From Gordius albopunctatus (taxonomy: Eukaryota): a DNA stretch of 64,000 bases. Location of the stretch: contig OZ193909.1 in the NCBI GenBank assembly GCA_964276515.1, forward strand, positions 5,704,001 to 5,768,000, written 5' to 3'. The notes beneath the pieces were generated by a model that had not been told where the DNA came from, did not search any database, and saw only the letters and a list, made by a program, of their open reading frames with translations. Shown here one piece after another: positions 1-13,900 of this stretch (position 1 is its first letter; each line of letters opens with the position of its first letter). The position numbers and the translations under genes were made by a program.

Positions 1-2325
1 TGTTTACGCCGTGGCTACAATATAGGTTTCGATTTATTAATGACGTCACATAACACCCTCATATCCATCTTTGCGTTAAAATAAATGGTGTTTTGTTAAA
101 AATTCTTATATAGAGGCGTAGGTAATTTTTGTTATAATATATGCTTAGGTTATATTTTGACTTTATTTCAATGAAAAACTTTGGGTAGCTGCGCTAATGC
201 TCAATCTTCTTAATTTAATTATCTCAATGTTTTGTTTTAATATTTTAGTAATATAATCTGCTCATGTTTTTCAGTTTTTTTTGAGGAAAAGGGATATTAC
301 TGAAACAATTTTTTACAAAGAGAAGGATTCGGTCATAAGCTAACTGAAATTGATATTGGGCAATCATTGGCTTGCTCAATTACATAATTTTTATTCTACA
401 TTGTAGTCATTCCAGAGCCTAAGATAATCTAAGGTATAATGCTCAAGGTTTAGGGTAAATAATAGGGTGGCCTAGACTAGCCCTAAAACGTAAACTGTAA
501 TTTAGGCTTTGTTCTAAATTAGGAGGGTAAATACAATTAATTATGTGAAACTTTTCTGTTCCGTGTTTCTCCATTTTAGCCACAAGGATTTCAAAGGAGC
601 CCACATGAGGTAAATAGAAATACCAAATTTTCATACTGTTAAAAGAAAAATACTTAACTTACCACTTAAATTATAAATATATTTAATTTAGAATGTATTC
701 ATCATTTACATTACATAAAATATATTTGAGAAATAAAATTTAACAAATATTTTTTACAATTATACCAAGGCTAGGGAGACGCCTTATAAAGTTAGTGCAT
801 CAAGTGACAAATATTATTTTGAGCTGGCGTTCTAATACATCCCAATTGTTCAAGAATATTAATAAAGCGATATTATGATTTTATAATTCTTCTTATATGA
901 GAACGAGACGGTATATCAAACTATTAATAAACATAATTCATTATTTTTACACTTTGGCCACCATGCATAAGCAGATGTGGACTTGCATCATCTATCCATA
1001 TTTTATTATCGTTTGATTTATGAGTTATTCCAAATAAAATGGTAAATAATGACTCATATTATAAATTTTATCAATGCTATTAATTCAATATAAATATGCC
1101 TATAGTAGGCACTAATATTTGTAATTTTATTCTGTGCAATAAAATCATAAGTGTTGCAATGTACAGTTTGCAAATATCACAGATATCTTTTGCTTTATTT
1201 TTTAAGCAAATTAAACATATTAGATTATGTGCCTATAAATGATCTTATGAGGTGCAGTTTTTTGCACTACTTATTTTTAGTATAAAGACATATATACATT
1301 TACTTCACTATTTTTGCTGATTTGATTTTTAGTGCTTTAGCAATTTGCACCTTAGCAAATACTAAATTTTAGATTAAGAATATATTATTTACGGAATTTA
1401 TATATATGATGTTATATATTTAATACTTGCCATCTTCATAATATATAAGTGCTTGACTTTGTTACTGATTTTTTATATTTTGATACTTTTTGAACCAGAA
1501 TTGCAAATGTTACTAATTTAAACTTTAGATCAATCACCCCATATTTTTATTTCACAATATTGCATATTTTAAATACACAATTTCAGGTATTTCAAACACT
1601 CACTTAATACCTAAACTTATTTGCATTGCAAATTCAAAATTTCCAACTCATACTTTCTAATTGGAAGGTATATAAATTAATCTATAGCTAATGTCAAATG
1701 TTTAAACCATAAGTATTAAACTGTCATATTTTTTTTCACTTTTGACACTACTAAAGTAAAAAAATTTCTATGAATGCATTAGTATAATTCAGCATTGTCA
1801 TGATGTTAATTTTTTAGATTAATGTTGTTGTTGTTTTACATACTTTTACATCTGGCTTATGTAATGATTTTTTTGTCTAAGAGGCCCATGTATAAATATA
1901 ATCACTAATGTGTAGATGATATGGGTGGGGAATTAATGACATTCCATCACCTAATTGGTACACATACTATCACCCTTCCCCTACGTCGATCAATAAATAA
2001 AATTATTTGCGCGATTGATTTATATCGGTTTAGATCAATATTTGTTACCCTAAAAATATCGATTGGTCAACTCTGCCCTCTTTGAGTTTTTATGTGAATC
2101 GCCCAAACATCTCACGTAGCGATTTAAATTTCCCCTTCGTGTTAATTTTTGTAAATTTACCTTTTTAATTTTTACCAAATCACCATAAATTGCATAGCAA
2201 TTAATTATAAGCCCCACCTTCTCTATTTTAAATCCAGTCTACACCCGTGCAATTCGCGGATTACATGCCTCGGGGGCTAGGAATTAGTTTGGGATCGAGA
2301 TTAAGCAGGCTAAGGCACTACTAAT

Positions 2326-2503
2326 TGTTGTTGTGAAAACTGGTGGGTTCAGTTTAGTAGACCTTTGGTTCAACTAAGACTAACGGCCCACTCTGGTCTG
2401 GTTTTCAAATTTCGACTTTACTCAAAGATCGGCTAGGGAAAACACACCAAAAACCGTTGGTTTGTTTATGTTTAGTTGAAACCCATCCGCTTTTACAACA
2501 CTA
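2326..2503. mobile_element. Small MITE-like inverted-repeat element
   Basis: TGTTGTGAAAACTGGTGGGTTCA ... TTGAAACCCATCCGCTTTTACAACA imperfect TIRs. A related fragment lies at ~13875-14036. Confidence 0.55.
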
Positions 2504-2712
2504 CCAATAACAAACAGCGCATCACAACGTGAACGAAGGAAGATTTAACCCTCTCGTACGCTTGACCTAGCACCGCGATCCACAAAAATTATTATTATTT
2601 ATTCTCTATTTTCTCGCAACTAAATTTTGGAGCCTCGTTACCTATTAATAGTTTCCGAAGTTGGGGATTATTCAATCTCAAAATTTTCGTCTAACCTTCT
2701 AACCGTGATTCG

Positions 2713-2867
2713 CATGGGCGTAGCCGGGGGTAGGGCATGGAGGGGGCCGGCTGCCTCCCTCTAAATCCCAAAATTTCTTTGAAATTTATTAAACTCATGG
2801 CTAAAATTTCGAAGAACCATCATTTTGCCCCCCCCCCCTCCAATTCCAATTCCAATGCTGGCCCCTG
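2713..2867. mobile_element. Short MITE, CATGGGCGTAGCC family
   Basis: TIR-bounded, perfect 8-bp TSD GTGATTCG. Confidence 0.85.
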
Positions 2868-3026
2868 GTGATTCGATGAATTGGTGGAAAGACCTTTATA
2901 CAACACCAACTAAAGGCAAACTCGATTTTGAGACGGGGAGCGGGGCTGGCTGTCAATCAAACGTTCCCCAATATTTTAGAGAGGGGGGGGGGCAAAAGGA
3001 TAAATTTAATTTCTTAAACTAACGTC

Positions 3027-3384
3027 TAGCGGCCATGGAGATGAGAATGCTAAGAAGGGCCATAGGCGAAATGAAGAAATAAGAAAAATTTTGGTACTAC
3101 ATCAATTGCGACAAAGCCCTTAACAAATAGACTAAGAGATGGTATAGCCATGTCGAAAGAAGGGACGATAGCTACGTAGGAAAGGAAATCGAGTCGATAA
3201 ATTTCGCAGGAAAACGAAGGAGAGGAAGACCCAAGCAGCTTACCTGGATTCATAAAATACGGCACGATATGAAAGTCCACGAGATGAAGAGGGATCTATG
3301 TTAACGAATGGAAACGAATGCTGAAAGGACTGACCACCAGCCTAGGTGACAACAAGCAGTCATCGGAAGAAGAAGAAGAAGAAA
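3027..3384 (+). mobile_element. RTE-like LINE 3' fragment
   Basis: Degenerate AAMEMRMLRR...RWYSHVERRDDSYVG...RRRGRPK followed by a (GAA)n tail. Confidence 0.75.
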
Positions 3385-6300
3385 CTCCTTAAAAGAGGTT
3401 TGGATTTAGGGGGAGACTACTGCTCACTGCTTTTACCATCCCCTGGCTGCCCACCCCCATCATACCCTTAGGTCTAAAATAACAAGTCTCACAAATTTGT
3501 CTCAAGTGAATAATATAAGCTTACGCGAAGAACTTTCGCAGGCGATCGGATTGTTGCACGATAATTTCCATTCCTAACCTTTGTGGGCCCCCAGTTTTTC
3601 GGGGCAACGGTTGAATTTATCGAAATATTATCCTTTTTGGGGGATTTAAAGTTTTTGCGTAACATTGTTATAAATTGGAGATCGTTTTGGGGGCATTACA
3701 CCTTTTATGGCTTGAAAGTAAGGGAAAGTACATCATGCCCTGCTCGCTTATCGATTTTTCGGCCACGTATAATTTCACGGCCAGCGGAGGGGTTTTAACC
3801 GTGATAAGTGCGATGACGTAGTAGTAGTGGTTCTTGCAATCTTCTTATCTTTTAATTTCGCAAAGTTTGGCCCTAAAATTACTAATTCAAATTAGTAATT
3901 TTGGCGCATTTTAATTTAATTATAGATATACGAGGTAATTAGGTTAAGCATGCGGAAGCAAGTTAATTGCCACAAACCACCCACCCCCCTCAAGCTTTGT
4001 CAATGTCTCATTTTTAATAGGGGAACAATATTTGGTTTTGGGTATTAAATAACGCTCCTACTACCTTTCGTTTATAAAGTTGAAGAGAGCAATTGCAATT
4101 TTGGGAATTCTCATTTTCTATATTTTTATAATAAAGAAATAGCTGAAAAAACTTTTGTGTTATATAACTCGATCTTAGAGTAAGGTCCATTTTTTCACAT
4201 AGCGCCACGATAAAATTGAAGGTGTCAATTATTTTAGATGCATTAACACAATGGACAAAATTTCTTCAATTATAATATCCCTATTTTCTAATACTCTGAT
4301 TTGGAGTTGGTTTTTGGTTTTGCGGCTTGAAACACAGCCTTCTAATTTATATTTAATCATGAGGCTAGCTAGAGGATGGTCACCTATTCTTCTAACTTTA
4401 ATTTAAAAAAAATTGTAAACCTACGATTTAATTAAAGTCAACTTTCTTAATATTATGATTCCCCTTTTCCTAAACTCTAATTTAACTTTTTCCTATTTTC
4501 TCCACGTAGTCCGTATCCTGGCTCCGCACGCCCGTGCATTGAAGTCCTCTCTTTCGTATTAATATTCCCGTACACCCGTTTTTATAATCGCACCCCCCCC
4601 CCCTCCCTCCCTGTGGTGTAGAGTCTAATTTTATTTAGCACGTCTAATCCTCACATCGTTCGCCTACATGCGTCATACTCTCTCGTCAACTCTCACCGTG
4701 TCATCAATTGTCACCACTTAATGATTGTCCCATCGCACCTCCTCTTCTCCGCGCCTTTTGAATCGGCATAATAGAGAATCATTCATGATGAGGTGGCCAA
4801 CTTTTTTTTGTTAGACGCGCCATATAGGTGTTTGTTGCCTAAATACTTGATGCGTCGTCTAGGGAAGTGATTTGCAATTGACCTTACGGTTGGGCCTAGC
4901 CTGTTGAAAGGGACACCCCCCCCCCCGCCGTTTATTCCTCAATTATTATTCATAAATCTAACGAATTGTACCATTTTTGAAAAATAGTCGATTTGTCATT
5001 CCTTGAGTCTAAGGTCCCAACGAGAGTCTTGTGGCCTGCTCGAAACACGGCTCCATCCAAATCACCATTATGACATCGTGTTCTGTTGGGTTAGGAAAAA
5101 AATTAAAGAAATATTTTTGGATTTAGGAAAGTTTACGTTAAATCTGATTTTGATGCTAAACTCCCAGTGTATGTAGTATGTATGGGTGGGTGGTCGTTGA
5201 AAAGTTACTCCCGTATAAGTTGTTTTGCAAAACAGTTGTTCGTAAGGGATGAGAGCGATGAATGTGGTATTGAGATTTAGGGACTGTCGAAATGATTATT
5301 TCTTTTAGATATCATCATTATTATAACTATTATTTTGTTGCAAATGGAAAAGTTTTTGAATTAAGAGGAGCTGCTTCTTTCTATCATCTATACGTGGTGA
5401 AGTTTTTAATTTTGGTTTCGCGCCTATTCTTAGGTAATAAAATTTGCTTTTATTTTAGGTTGTTGGGTCGAGTTCTAATTAAGAAAAAGTTACGGGTTGG
5501 ATCGGAATGGCGTTAAATTTATATCTGCACCCATCTTAACTTTTCCTTTGAATCGCCTTGATCAATGAAGTGCTGCTAGTTGCAGTTTTACTTGTAGTAA
5601 TTTCCTGAGCCTTCAACAAGTTCGCACACGAAACTCGAGAGTCATAATTTATGCTATCTCCAGCTATGATGGATGATTATAATCACAATTCTTTGAGTGT
5701 CGATTATCTTGCTATCAAAACGTTTCTCCAGTACGCGGGCGTTGAGCTACACCCAAAGCCGCAATTGGTTTTTTTTCATTTATAAGGCTAGGTTTTTGTC
5801 GTTTTCGGACGAGAATGTTTTTCATTGCCCAAATTAGCAAATTTTGCCTCGTACGTAACATATTTTTGGGCAGATCATTTAATCTTTTTACATAAATCTA
5901 TAAATTCAGGCATTTTTTGGCTGAATAGTCCTGTTTTTTGGTAAAAAAACATAACTTTTATAATTTAAAAACTTCAACACAATCTTTAATACGACTTCAA
6001 TTTCAATGTTGCCTAGTCGTTGTGATTTTTTTGAAACTTTTTTTAACTAAATTATTATTTTGTATACTTAGTAAATTGTCTTATATAAATTATAATAGAC
6101 CAAAGTAGAGTCATTATCTTCTGGATTTTATCGATTCATCCCCCCTCCCCCCCCCCCCCATTTATTTCACAAATTAAAAATTCTTACAACCCAATTACAC
6201 TTTTTGACTTAGTATCCCGCCATTACACAGAGTTGTAGTTTTAGTTTTGCACGACCGAGGAGGAATCCAACGCCGATTTAGCATCACAATTTGGCCTAAA

Positions 6301-8127
6301 GCGAAACTTGTGTTGCGCCTTGTTAAATTGGAAATCTTCAAATGGCCCACCGTATACATGGTGATGGTGGGAAAGAATACTGCTCGACTACTTCAAACCC
6401 TACCTCGCTCAATTAAAATTGGCCTCCTGCCTCCCACGTCCCACCCCCTTCCCCATTCCCGACTCAAATAACCTCTTCTTCTTCCATTATAAACCATCGC
6501 ACTCCTCTGCATCTTCAACTTGTCATCTGCCTCCCCATTCACATTTCGTGCATTGTGAATCCTCACTCACCTGTGATTATCACTATTATCATCATGTCTC
6601 TTTCACTCCACGTTGCTCAGCACAGTAACTTATCACTCCGCGGAGAAGGGGGAAAGGTCTTTAGAATAAACGGAGTTCTGGAACTGGGTCATTCAGCTAT
6701 GCTACTCTACCTTTTATCCAAACTCTTTCAATTGTTAGTCCTGGAAGGTAGAAGTAAACCACGATCTTTAGCATATTTCATTATGGCGGACCATCTAGCA
6801 GTCAGCATTGCATCTGAGAGGCGATGATATTTTATGCCCTAAAATAACTTTCCTCTCTTCTCTCCTTTCCCCCTTCTCCACGCGTTTCAGATGTGAGCTA
6901 GACACCTGCCACGGCGAGATCTGGCAAGTACTCTCTTCAGTTTAAAAAAAATCTCTGTTTTCCTTCCCGATCCGACACTTAAATTTATAGAAAGTATTAA
7001 TTAGGTCTGCGATAAAAATTGCAACGACTACACTTCAAAAATTTTACCCTAAGTTTGCAAAAAATCATTAATATCTAGGCTTCGCATTTTTTTCCCCGTA
7101 TTGGTATTAGGGCGAACCCGGCCCGGCCCGCGAATCGATCGAGTTTGGGTTTTAATCCTTATTACAGGACATGGCGGCTACGAAAGGGGATTCGTTCACT
7201 TTTTGAAGGAAATAGAGGTACTTTAAGCGCTTATTCTGTAAGTCTAAGAGACTTGTTGTAGGGTTGGGAAGAAAGGTGGAGATGCGGTGGACGTGGAGAA
7301 CTAGACGGAAACATGGATGAGGAGCAGGGTAAAATTTGTACAAAGATGTGATTAACTGAAAAGAGGATGACATCGGAGGACGACCTCCGACTCCTATGCC
7401 ACATAGGAAAGCATAAAAATTCATATTTTTACAGGGAAGGGTTTTAACTTTTCAAAGATTGGGCCAAGTGCCCATGAATAATGGATTGAAGAAGGCGTAA
7501 GAACTCATCGGCATGAGGGCTAGCCAGAATTGGATTTAGTAGGGCCGGGAGCCCTTAATTTTCGATTATAAAAGTGATGTATTAGAATTAGAGGGAGGGC
7601 CAAAATGATGATTTTTTGCAATTTAAGCCATAATTTTAGTTGATTTCAAGCAATTTTTGGATTTGGAGGGGGGCAGGCGCCTCTCCCCCTTGGCTACGCC
7701 CATGAATGTAAAATAAAATTTGCAATAGAGCTGCTTCTTATTCCTCTGAAAGAACCAATAGAATTGATTATCACGGCAAGTCATTTATGGTTCAGAGGCC
7801 TTAATATATTATTTTACAGCCTTAGGTCGCGGTTATGTTTCTAATTTTGTTAAGGCGGTTGTATCATCATCCATCATTCGTTAAAGTTACTCATAGTTAT
7901 CCTTTCCTCGCTCGTAGCAATACAATACAAACCAGGTCATTCCGCTTGACTTGTAGCATCCGCACCCACCACATCCCAAACGCATCGTGGATTGGGTTCG
8001 GGCTTATAAATTAGGAAATTGGGTTCAACCATAATTTTAATCGGGGCTTTAGGCATATATAGATCTAACTATGGTAACATATCACCTGCAGATAGCCCCT
8101 TTATGATGTGCATACTCATTCATGGCT

Positions 8128-8682
8128 ACAGCCCTGCAAAATCAATTTTTTTCTGCCCGGCCCGACTTCTCAATTTTTATTTTGCCCGAGCACGAAAGAC
8201 TTTTTTTATTTTTGGCCCGACCTGGTTTTTTAAATAAAATTTTTCAAAGTTTTTTTACCATCTAAACAAAAAATGCGTTAGATCGTTATTACTCGTAATT
8301 TACAACTAGTATAAGTTTAAAATAAAAAATCCATTTTCACTCGTTACAATTTATTCAGCTAATCATTTAAAGCTAAAAATTTAACTTTATAAAATATATT
8401 TTTAACAGTTTCAAATAAAAAAAACCTTTTGAAATATTTACTTATCTTATTTCTAAAGTTGTAACAGCTACTATAAATCTATTTATATCTTAGAATAAGA
8501 TTTGCAATTCAGGTCAGTTATATAGTAAATATAGACAAGGGGAAAAAGCTGAAGTTTGAGTGCTATATAATGTACGCTGTGCGAAGATATTGAGTTTATT
8601 TAAATCCTATTTTATAAAATATTAATTTGCTTTAGTTCAATTGGGGCCGGGTCGGGCTTCGGGCGGCCCGTGCAGGGCTCTA
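8128..8682. mobile_element. hAT-type MITE (TAGAGCCCTGCA TIR family)
   Basis: TACAGCCCTGCA...TGCAGGGCTCTA with a degenerate 8-bp TSD (TTCATGGC/CTCATGGG). Body homologous to 37734-38392 in the opposite orientation. Confidence 0.8.
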
Positions 8683-8896
8683 CTCATGGGGTCGCTGCCC
8701 CTAGCCCAGTTGTTATTTTGCCCCTCTTTAAATTATTGTTACCCTTTGGGTTATTGTGGTTTTTTATTTTAAGCTAACTGACCACCCTGTTGCCTAGTTC
8801 GTTTTTATAGGTTACCCACACATATATATATATACTAGTAATTGTACAATATAGATATACCAGTGCTGTAAAATTGGCCTTTGGCTTAACTAAGGC

Positions 8897-9061
8897 CATG
8901 GGCGTACCCCCCCCCGTCCCCTTCTAAATCCAAAATATTCGTGAAATTCATTTCAAATTATGCCTAAAATCGCAAAAAAGGTTCATTTCGCCCCTCCCTA
9001 AACCTCGCAGAACATCATTGCCTCCACCCCCCCTCTAATTCCGAAGCTGGCTACGCCCATC
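8897..9061. mobile_element. Short MITE, CATGGGCGTAGCC family
   Basis: Perfect 8-bp TSD ACTAAGGC. Confidence 0.85.
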
Positions 9062-9629
9062 ACTAAGGCTACCTAACGGCTGACCTAGCAAAAGCTAAGC
9101 CTAGGGCTTGATTAGGAAAACTGTGGGTCAATTTTGGAAATTATTTTAAAAGCGCGATTTGTCACCCTCGTTTCGTCCGCTTTTGCTAAATATAACTGGC
9201 ATTCCTGCACAAATGTTTTTAATAGAATTTGAATTAATGTAATTTTAAATGTAAAAGAATCAATTTGAATCATGCACCCCCCCCCCTCCTAAATGGCGAT
9301 GAAAAAATTAATTTTTTGCCGCCCCCCCCCCGACCCCTAATCCAAAACCTGGCTACGCCCATTTTGTATAAAATGAAAGCAATAATTCAAAACCCGTGAA
9401 AGTGGTGTGTACATTTAGCCCTGATATTTGTTACATTTTCGTCTAAATATTTACTTAAATTAATTTTTTGCCGATTATATCGCTCGAACACTGAACTAAT
9501 ATATATGTAATTCTGTCTGTGTTTAGTGCCCTTTTTTGTACGAATAGACAGATCCGACTGCTTTTGTATATTAAGATTAACCGCAGCGAAATATTGAATC
9601 GTACATATAATTTATCGTGTTAGTTGTTA

Positions 9630-10100
9630 GCAGGGTTTGATAATACTTAACTTATGCGTTATATTTAACAATCGGCTGGAATGCCTTTTTCCTCTTTGCT
9701 CCTTTCTAACAACCCGTCCTAGCCTAAATCCCTGTTTTGCATCCGGATCGACGCCAGACTCTTCGAGATCATAATCTCTATCTAAGAGTTTATAAGAAGA
9801 CATCACCATTTTTATTTATTCACTTTCTGCCTTCCTCCTTTGATCTCGGGGGCCAATCTAGTTAACCTTTGTTTGAATCGCCGTGTTTTTAATCTTAACA
9901 TTTTTTTTATCTTTAATATATTTAGCATGTTTAGCAGCTGATTTTAGATATAGTCTTTAAAAAGCTTACCTTTAATTCTTCTTTATTCGACCTTTCACCA
10001 CTTTGAATCTTGCTAGAATATCTTTAGCATATGGTGTTCTTTACTTTGACCAATTTTTTGTTGATAATCAATGATTTTAAAACTCCGTTAATCCCACTTT
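9630..10100 (-). mobile_element. Possible highly degenerate RTE-like LINE fragment
   Basis: Peptide remnants AKDILARFKVVKGRIKK and KQGFRLGRVVRKEQR resemble the RTE endonuclease-RT linker. Weak. Confidence 0.35.
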
Positions 10101-10959
10101 ATTTTTTATCGCTAACACCATAAATTTGTTAAAACATCGAATGTACACTTCAATGTGAGGCTTGTGCAAAACGTCGATGATATATAAAATATAACGTATT
10201 ATCCCTTCGCATTCTTTGCATATTTGCTTGCTTTATCTCTTTGCTATTACCGTACACAAAATGTAGTCTGTCTTTGTACCAGTACCATGATTAAATTAAA
10301 CTAATGTTTAAAATGTATTTTTTACACATCAATACATATATATAAAGGTCTCGTTTTTATTGCACATTTTCTCAGTTTGGCATTGGCATTAAACAAATTT
10401 GTTATCGAATCATTGTTTAGATTTATTTATCGACTTTTGAATGCCATAGTTGGCAGATTGCCTAAATAAAATCTCGTGATTCGTCTTTCTAAATTAGAGA
10501 TTGTTGATGATGGCCATAAAATTGGTGGCCAATGTTGTATTACACAATGTTAGGAAAGATATAATACTAGCAAAATATCGTCCTTATTTCATTTAAACTA
10601 CGTCAAAAAATATAATAATATACCCATCATAAGATAAATTTGTCGCAAATTTTGCTTAGCTAGCAACGGCTGATGAAATATTTTTACATTCTAATCTCCT
10701 TGACAAAATCCTTATGATTGCAAAATTGGATAAATTGAGGGAAGGCCTTAGCAATTATTTAATTGTAAATTTGATTTTCTATTGGATTTACTTAGGTATT
10801 TGTGCGAGAATAATTTAAACCGTGATGAACATGACGACGACTACTCAAAATAAATCTTGCCCGCGGTGACGCGATCACTTTTCAAAATGGCACTCTAGTC
10901 CTTCGAACAACTACCATAAGGCGAATCCCTCATAGCCCCTTCGAAAACCCCCTAGAGAC

Positions 10960-13900
10960 ATGACATCTTTCAAGTCCAAACAGGAGGAAATGATTTATTG
11001 GAAACGCGAGGCCGAAACCTACAAAGCCAAGTAATTTTAATAACTTAAATAGCATATTTGCCTCCCTCTAAATCCAAAAATTTGATCGAGGGTCAGTACA
11101 ATCAATAATAGGGTATAATTTTCCGAAAAATGATCATTTTGACCTCCCTAAATCAATATTGGCCCCCCCCCTCTAATCTTAAGGCTGGCTATGCACGTCT
11201 CTTTTGTACGACAATTATAATTGATGAAACAAGATTTTTTGCCGTTTATTAATGGTGGTGGTAGGGGAGGAAAAGTAGCTATGAAACTGCTTTCACAATT
11301 CGCCTTTTAAGGTGTTACTACCACACGGCACACGCCACGATGATATAACCTTCAAAGTTGGCCAAATCTATTGTTACCCGTCTGCAAGAATTTCTTTGGC
11401 CTCCTCCTCCACCCACGTGTCACTTGTCGTCGTCGTCACCATCTATCTAAATTCATCCCCCACTACTACTTTGCGGTCCCGCTTGTCGTTTCACCTTTAA
11501 ATAAACAAAAATATTTCAGGAATTGAAACTACTACGTACCTGTATCAAAATTTTGTTAATTACATTTTAGATGATACGTCGTAGGGGCACGCAAAAGTTT
11601 TATGCTTGTTTGGACGAAACAATCGGAGATTTCGTCGTTGGATTTGGTTTAAATCCGGCGGCCTTGAGTTGGGCTCAAGTTTACTCTCTTTTGTGTTTGA
11701 CCAAGTTCACACCCGACCTGAACCCAAAATAATTGGCGATAATCACTAATGGCAGTCCCTGTCAACCTGCATTTTAAATATCCGACTAAATTTAAAAACA
11801 TTCAATGGTGAAAGCCATGAGCCAAGATTAGAGCTAGAGGGAGGGGGCAAAATGACAATTTTTCAACGTTTTCGCCATAATTTTAAGGAATTTTTGGATT
11901 TAGAGGGGGGGCAGCCGCCTCCCCATGGCTCCCATGGTGAGAGCACCCAAACAACGCATCTTCCTGTCCGTCCGATTGGGCCATATTTACTCAACTCAAT
12001 TAAACGCTTAAATCCCTACCTTGACTACCGTCCTTTCCTATCTACACTTTTCTTATTATTATATGAAGCTTTTTGGGGCTCGAAATTCGTAGTCTCTATC
12101 ACCCACCCAACTGTGCCTTGCTTTAGTGCTACATTTTGACTCAAACTCGACCTCCTACCGTGTCAACTCTTTTTCGCTTTGAGCTGATTATCAATTTTTT
12201 GCACTTCGTCGCTTCACTCTTTTCCCTGTCCCCCCCCCTCCTGTTTTTAGTGCAGGGCGGAACCTCTCTCAGACACTGAGGGTGATGGTAAAATCATACC
12301 CTTTTAAGGCAGTTTGTGTGCATTATCGTCGTGGTGGATGTCATTTTGAAGAACCAGGTTAATTTTTAACTCAGTTTTTTATGAAAGTTCTCTAGCTAGT
12401 GTATTAATTAAAGGCGAAATCAACTGGCCCTTCCCATACCCTCCCCCCCCCCCAAATAAATGGGCTCTGATCAACTGGTCCAATCAGGTAGTTTTGTACA
12501 AACGGCTGGGGGTTTTTGTTTTGTCTACCTAGTAGTTGGCTTTAGGAAACTAAAAACATAAATAGGCCTAATGTCATTTTGTCCGTTATTCTTGGTCGCA
12601 ATAGACCAAAGGTCTTTTGGTCAAACCTTTGGTCTTTTTTTAACAAACTACAATTAGGGAGGGAAAGATCTAGTCGGTTCATCAGCCGTTCGAGGGATTT
12701 CGCTTAGGGTTCTTTAATTAATATAAAGCTATATATAAATTTTTGAATAGGTTCCTCGGAGTACGTGCATCTGAAATGTTCTTTTGCAGGGTGGATGCCT
12801 TTTATCTAACTTAGGGGGGGGGAGTTAAAATGATGAAAGTAACCTGGATACAGATAAATGGACTTTTTGGTACGTGATTATATCACCTATTATATATAAC
12901 ACTTACACCAGGATCCTCCCTGTCCTTTGTCCTTCTCTATACGGTTGACAATTTTGTCTCGGCCTTCACCTTTAAGTGCCACTTGGCTAAAGTAGTTTAA
13001 CCGATTTTTCGTTGCTTTTGAAACAATTTACTAGTGCAAATCATGAAGCAGGTCAGAGCCGCTTCTTGGTTTCTATGCTAAATTTAGTTTTACATAGGCC
13101 TACCTTTGATAAAGCGTTTAATGGCAAATCGAACTTTTTAATAGGCGATGTTTTACCTTGACAATTGAGCCCTCAATTTTTTACAAGACCCATAATGGAT
13201 CACTTGACGTTTAATTTGACGTCAAACATCCTTATTTAAACACAAGTTTTTAGGCTAAACCTATTAAACAATTAATTCCTTTTAAAATTCACAATTTATA
13301 AATCCGTTTTTTTTTAAATTTTATCGCAGATATCAAGATTTGCAGGAAGAGTACGAAGAATTTCGGCAGGGAAGTACGGAGCTCGAGAAAGAGTTGGAAT
13401 CTCACGTGCAAATATTGGAGAAGGCTAATCAAGACCTCAAAATTAACAACTCAAAACTATATTCCGAAGTCCAAACATACAAGGTTAGCCCGAAGCGCTT
13501 ACTTTTATCAGTATAGGCACGTATATATATTATTCCAAGACTAAATAGGATGCTTGAGTGAATTTAAAAATTCAATGCTAACCCTAAATTTATGAGAATT
13601 CTTTAAAAACATCTCTACGATTTAGGTTATAATTAGATCTAGACGGGGATATAGTAAAAATAGCCATTTTGGGGATTTAAACTTGATCTCGAAGGCTAAA
13701 AGAGTTTAATGCTCTTTTTAGGTGACTTGTGTATTTCCTGTATCACTACGTCGATTTATCCCAAAAATAATTTCCAGAAAATTTTTAAACATCAGGTTTC
13801 ACTTATTTTATAATTGTAATAATCAGGAGGGGGGCCCGATTACCCCCACTATGAATTCTAGCAACTATAAGCCTGTATAGACCAAAGGCTTGACCCAAAA

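Noticed and set aside
1915..1960. SECIS-like hairpin (ATGA...stem...AA)
   Set aside because: The 3' GA of the quartet is missing and no selenoprotein ORF is evident.
6247..7424. Cluster of 70-90 aa ORFs
   Set aside because: Low-complexity overlapping frames with no motifs. Part of 7200-7500 may be a decayed LINE tail but is too degenerate to call.
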